Shown in pieces: positions 61,304 to 64,000 of a DNA stretch of 64,000 nt. The notes under the pieces were generated by a model, which was given only the letters and a program-made list of their open reading frames with translations, was not told the DNA's origin and did not search any database. The stretch covers positions 263,066,001 through 263,130,000 of the forward strand of contig OZ024742.1 of assembly GCA_964016885.1 (NCBI GenBank). Direction: 5' to 3'. Made by a program: the position numbers and the translations under genes. This DNA is from Eledone cirrhosa. Its lineage: Eukaryota. Every line of letters starts with the position of its first letter. The first letter of the stretch is position 1.

Positions 61304-62168
61304 TAGTAATAATAATAAAATTGAAGACTAAAATCCAAAAAGGGCTCGATAAGGATAAATATATATCAAATATATAAGAACCGTAGAGCAAATATTTATT
61401 AAAATACCAGATTAAAGTTTAAGCAAAGAATCGCTGCTTTCACCCTTAACGGGATCTTCTGAAACTAACAAAGTCAATCTGTAAACGCAGAACTGGATAT
61501 TTCAAAAAACGTTGCAACCGGAGGAAGACAGAAAGACGATACTTTGGTTCGTGGTAACGTTCGCTGGCAAAGAACGGGAAAAAACGAATAATACGTCATT
61601 AATAGGAGCGGTGAAAAACAATTACGCGCAAAGACAGAACCACGTTTATGGTATAAAAGAGGTCGTAGACTAATGTTCTCTTAGGTGGTGCATAGAGACG
61701 TTCTCTGGCAATGAACGAAAAAACGAAGATAATAAGTCATATGTGGACCGTGGAGAACAATAGCACGCAAAGACAAAACCACGTAAATGGTATAGCAGAA
61801 ATCATAGACTAAAATTCTAACTAGGAGACCAAATGAATCTCCGCTACAGAGTTAAGAACAAAGTAAATAAATACAATACAGAAGTAATAGAAACAAATAA
61901 ATACATACACGCAAACAGATACGTACATACACAAGCATACGCAAAACCTTACCATGGGTATACAAAACCACGCACATATAAATATGTGTGTGTGTGTATG
62001 CTTGTGTACAAATAAATAAATCATTATATAAAATTATATAAGTAAATAAATACGTATTGAAATATCCAGTTCTGCGTTTACAGATTGACTTTGTTAGTTT
62101 CAGAAGATCCCGTTAAGGGTGAAAGCAGCGATTCTTTGCTTAAACTTTAATCTGTTATCTTAATAAAT
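61304..62168 (-). mobile_element. CAGAAGA-HHR family element with inverted arm
   Basis: Tail as at 50557; arm 61391-61505 inverted at 62058-62168; HHR 62096-62146(+). Confidence 0.8.
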
Positions 62169-63487
<1,319 letters not shown>

Positions 63488-64000
63488 TATTTATTAAAAT
63501 AACAGATTAAAGTTTAAGCAAAGAATCGCTGCTTTCGCCCTTAACGGGTACTTCTGAAACTAACAAAGTCAATCTGTAAACGCAGAACTGGATATTTCAA
63601 AAAACGTAGCAACCGGAGGAAGACAGGAAGACGATACTTTGGTTCGTGGTAACGTTCGCTGGCAAAGAACGGGAAAAAACGAATAATACGTCATTAATAG
63701 GAGCGGTGAAAAACAATTACGCGCAAAGACAAAACCACGTTTATGGTATAAAAGAGGTCGTAGACTAATGTTCTCTTAGGTGGTGCATAGAGACGTTCTC
63801 TGGCAATGAACGAAAAAACAATAAGTCATATGTGGAGCGTGGAGAACAATAGCACGCAAAGGACAAAACCACGTAAATGGTATAGCAGAAATCGTAGACT
63901 AAAATTCTAACTAGGAGACCAAATGAATCTCCGCTACAGAGTTAAGAACAAAGTAAATAAATACAATACAGAAGTAATAGGAACAAATAAATACATACAC
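63488..64000 (-). mobile_element. CAGAAGA-HHR family copy running off the window
   Basis: Near-identical to 61392-61910. Confidence 0.8.

Overview
Eukaryotic, almost entirely repeat-derived DNA. The huge (TA)n/TATG/TACA microsatellite fields plus RTE, CR1 and tRNA-SINE repeats resemble a cephalopod (octopus-like) genome; this is an inference. No host gene could be supported, and the many YI/IY-rich ORFs are microsatellite artefacts. Recognisable transposons are RTE LINEs (one with a PHD-like finger), an R4/Dong-like RLE LINE fragment, a CR1-group LINE fragment, Helitrons with PIF1 helicase remnants, a DD37D Tc1/mariner, MITEs, SINEs and a young 5'-truncated Penelope-like element (PLE, Naiad-like GIY-YIG) with about 630-bp inverted pseudo-LTRs. 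The main hidden signal is RNA-level. Most short islands embedded in the TA fields carry a type I hammerhead ribozyme (HHR) motif, about 35 motifs in roughly a dozen families, and show the head-to-head inverted architecture of PLE insertions. Highlights are a 3-kb head-to-head array of a 310-bp highly structured retrozyme-like unit with 9 HHRs, a retrozyme/PLE chimeric insertion, HHR cores with the compensatory U3-A8 swap, a family fixed for a CAGAAGA core, and a covarying ACTC/GAGT hairpin shared by the 3' tails of otherwise unrelated families. All folds were done by eye and none were tested computationally or experimentally.
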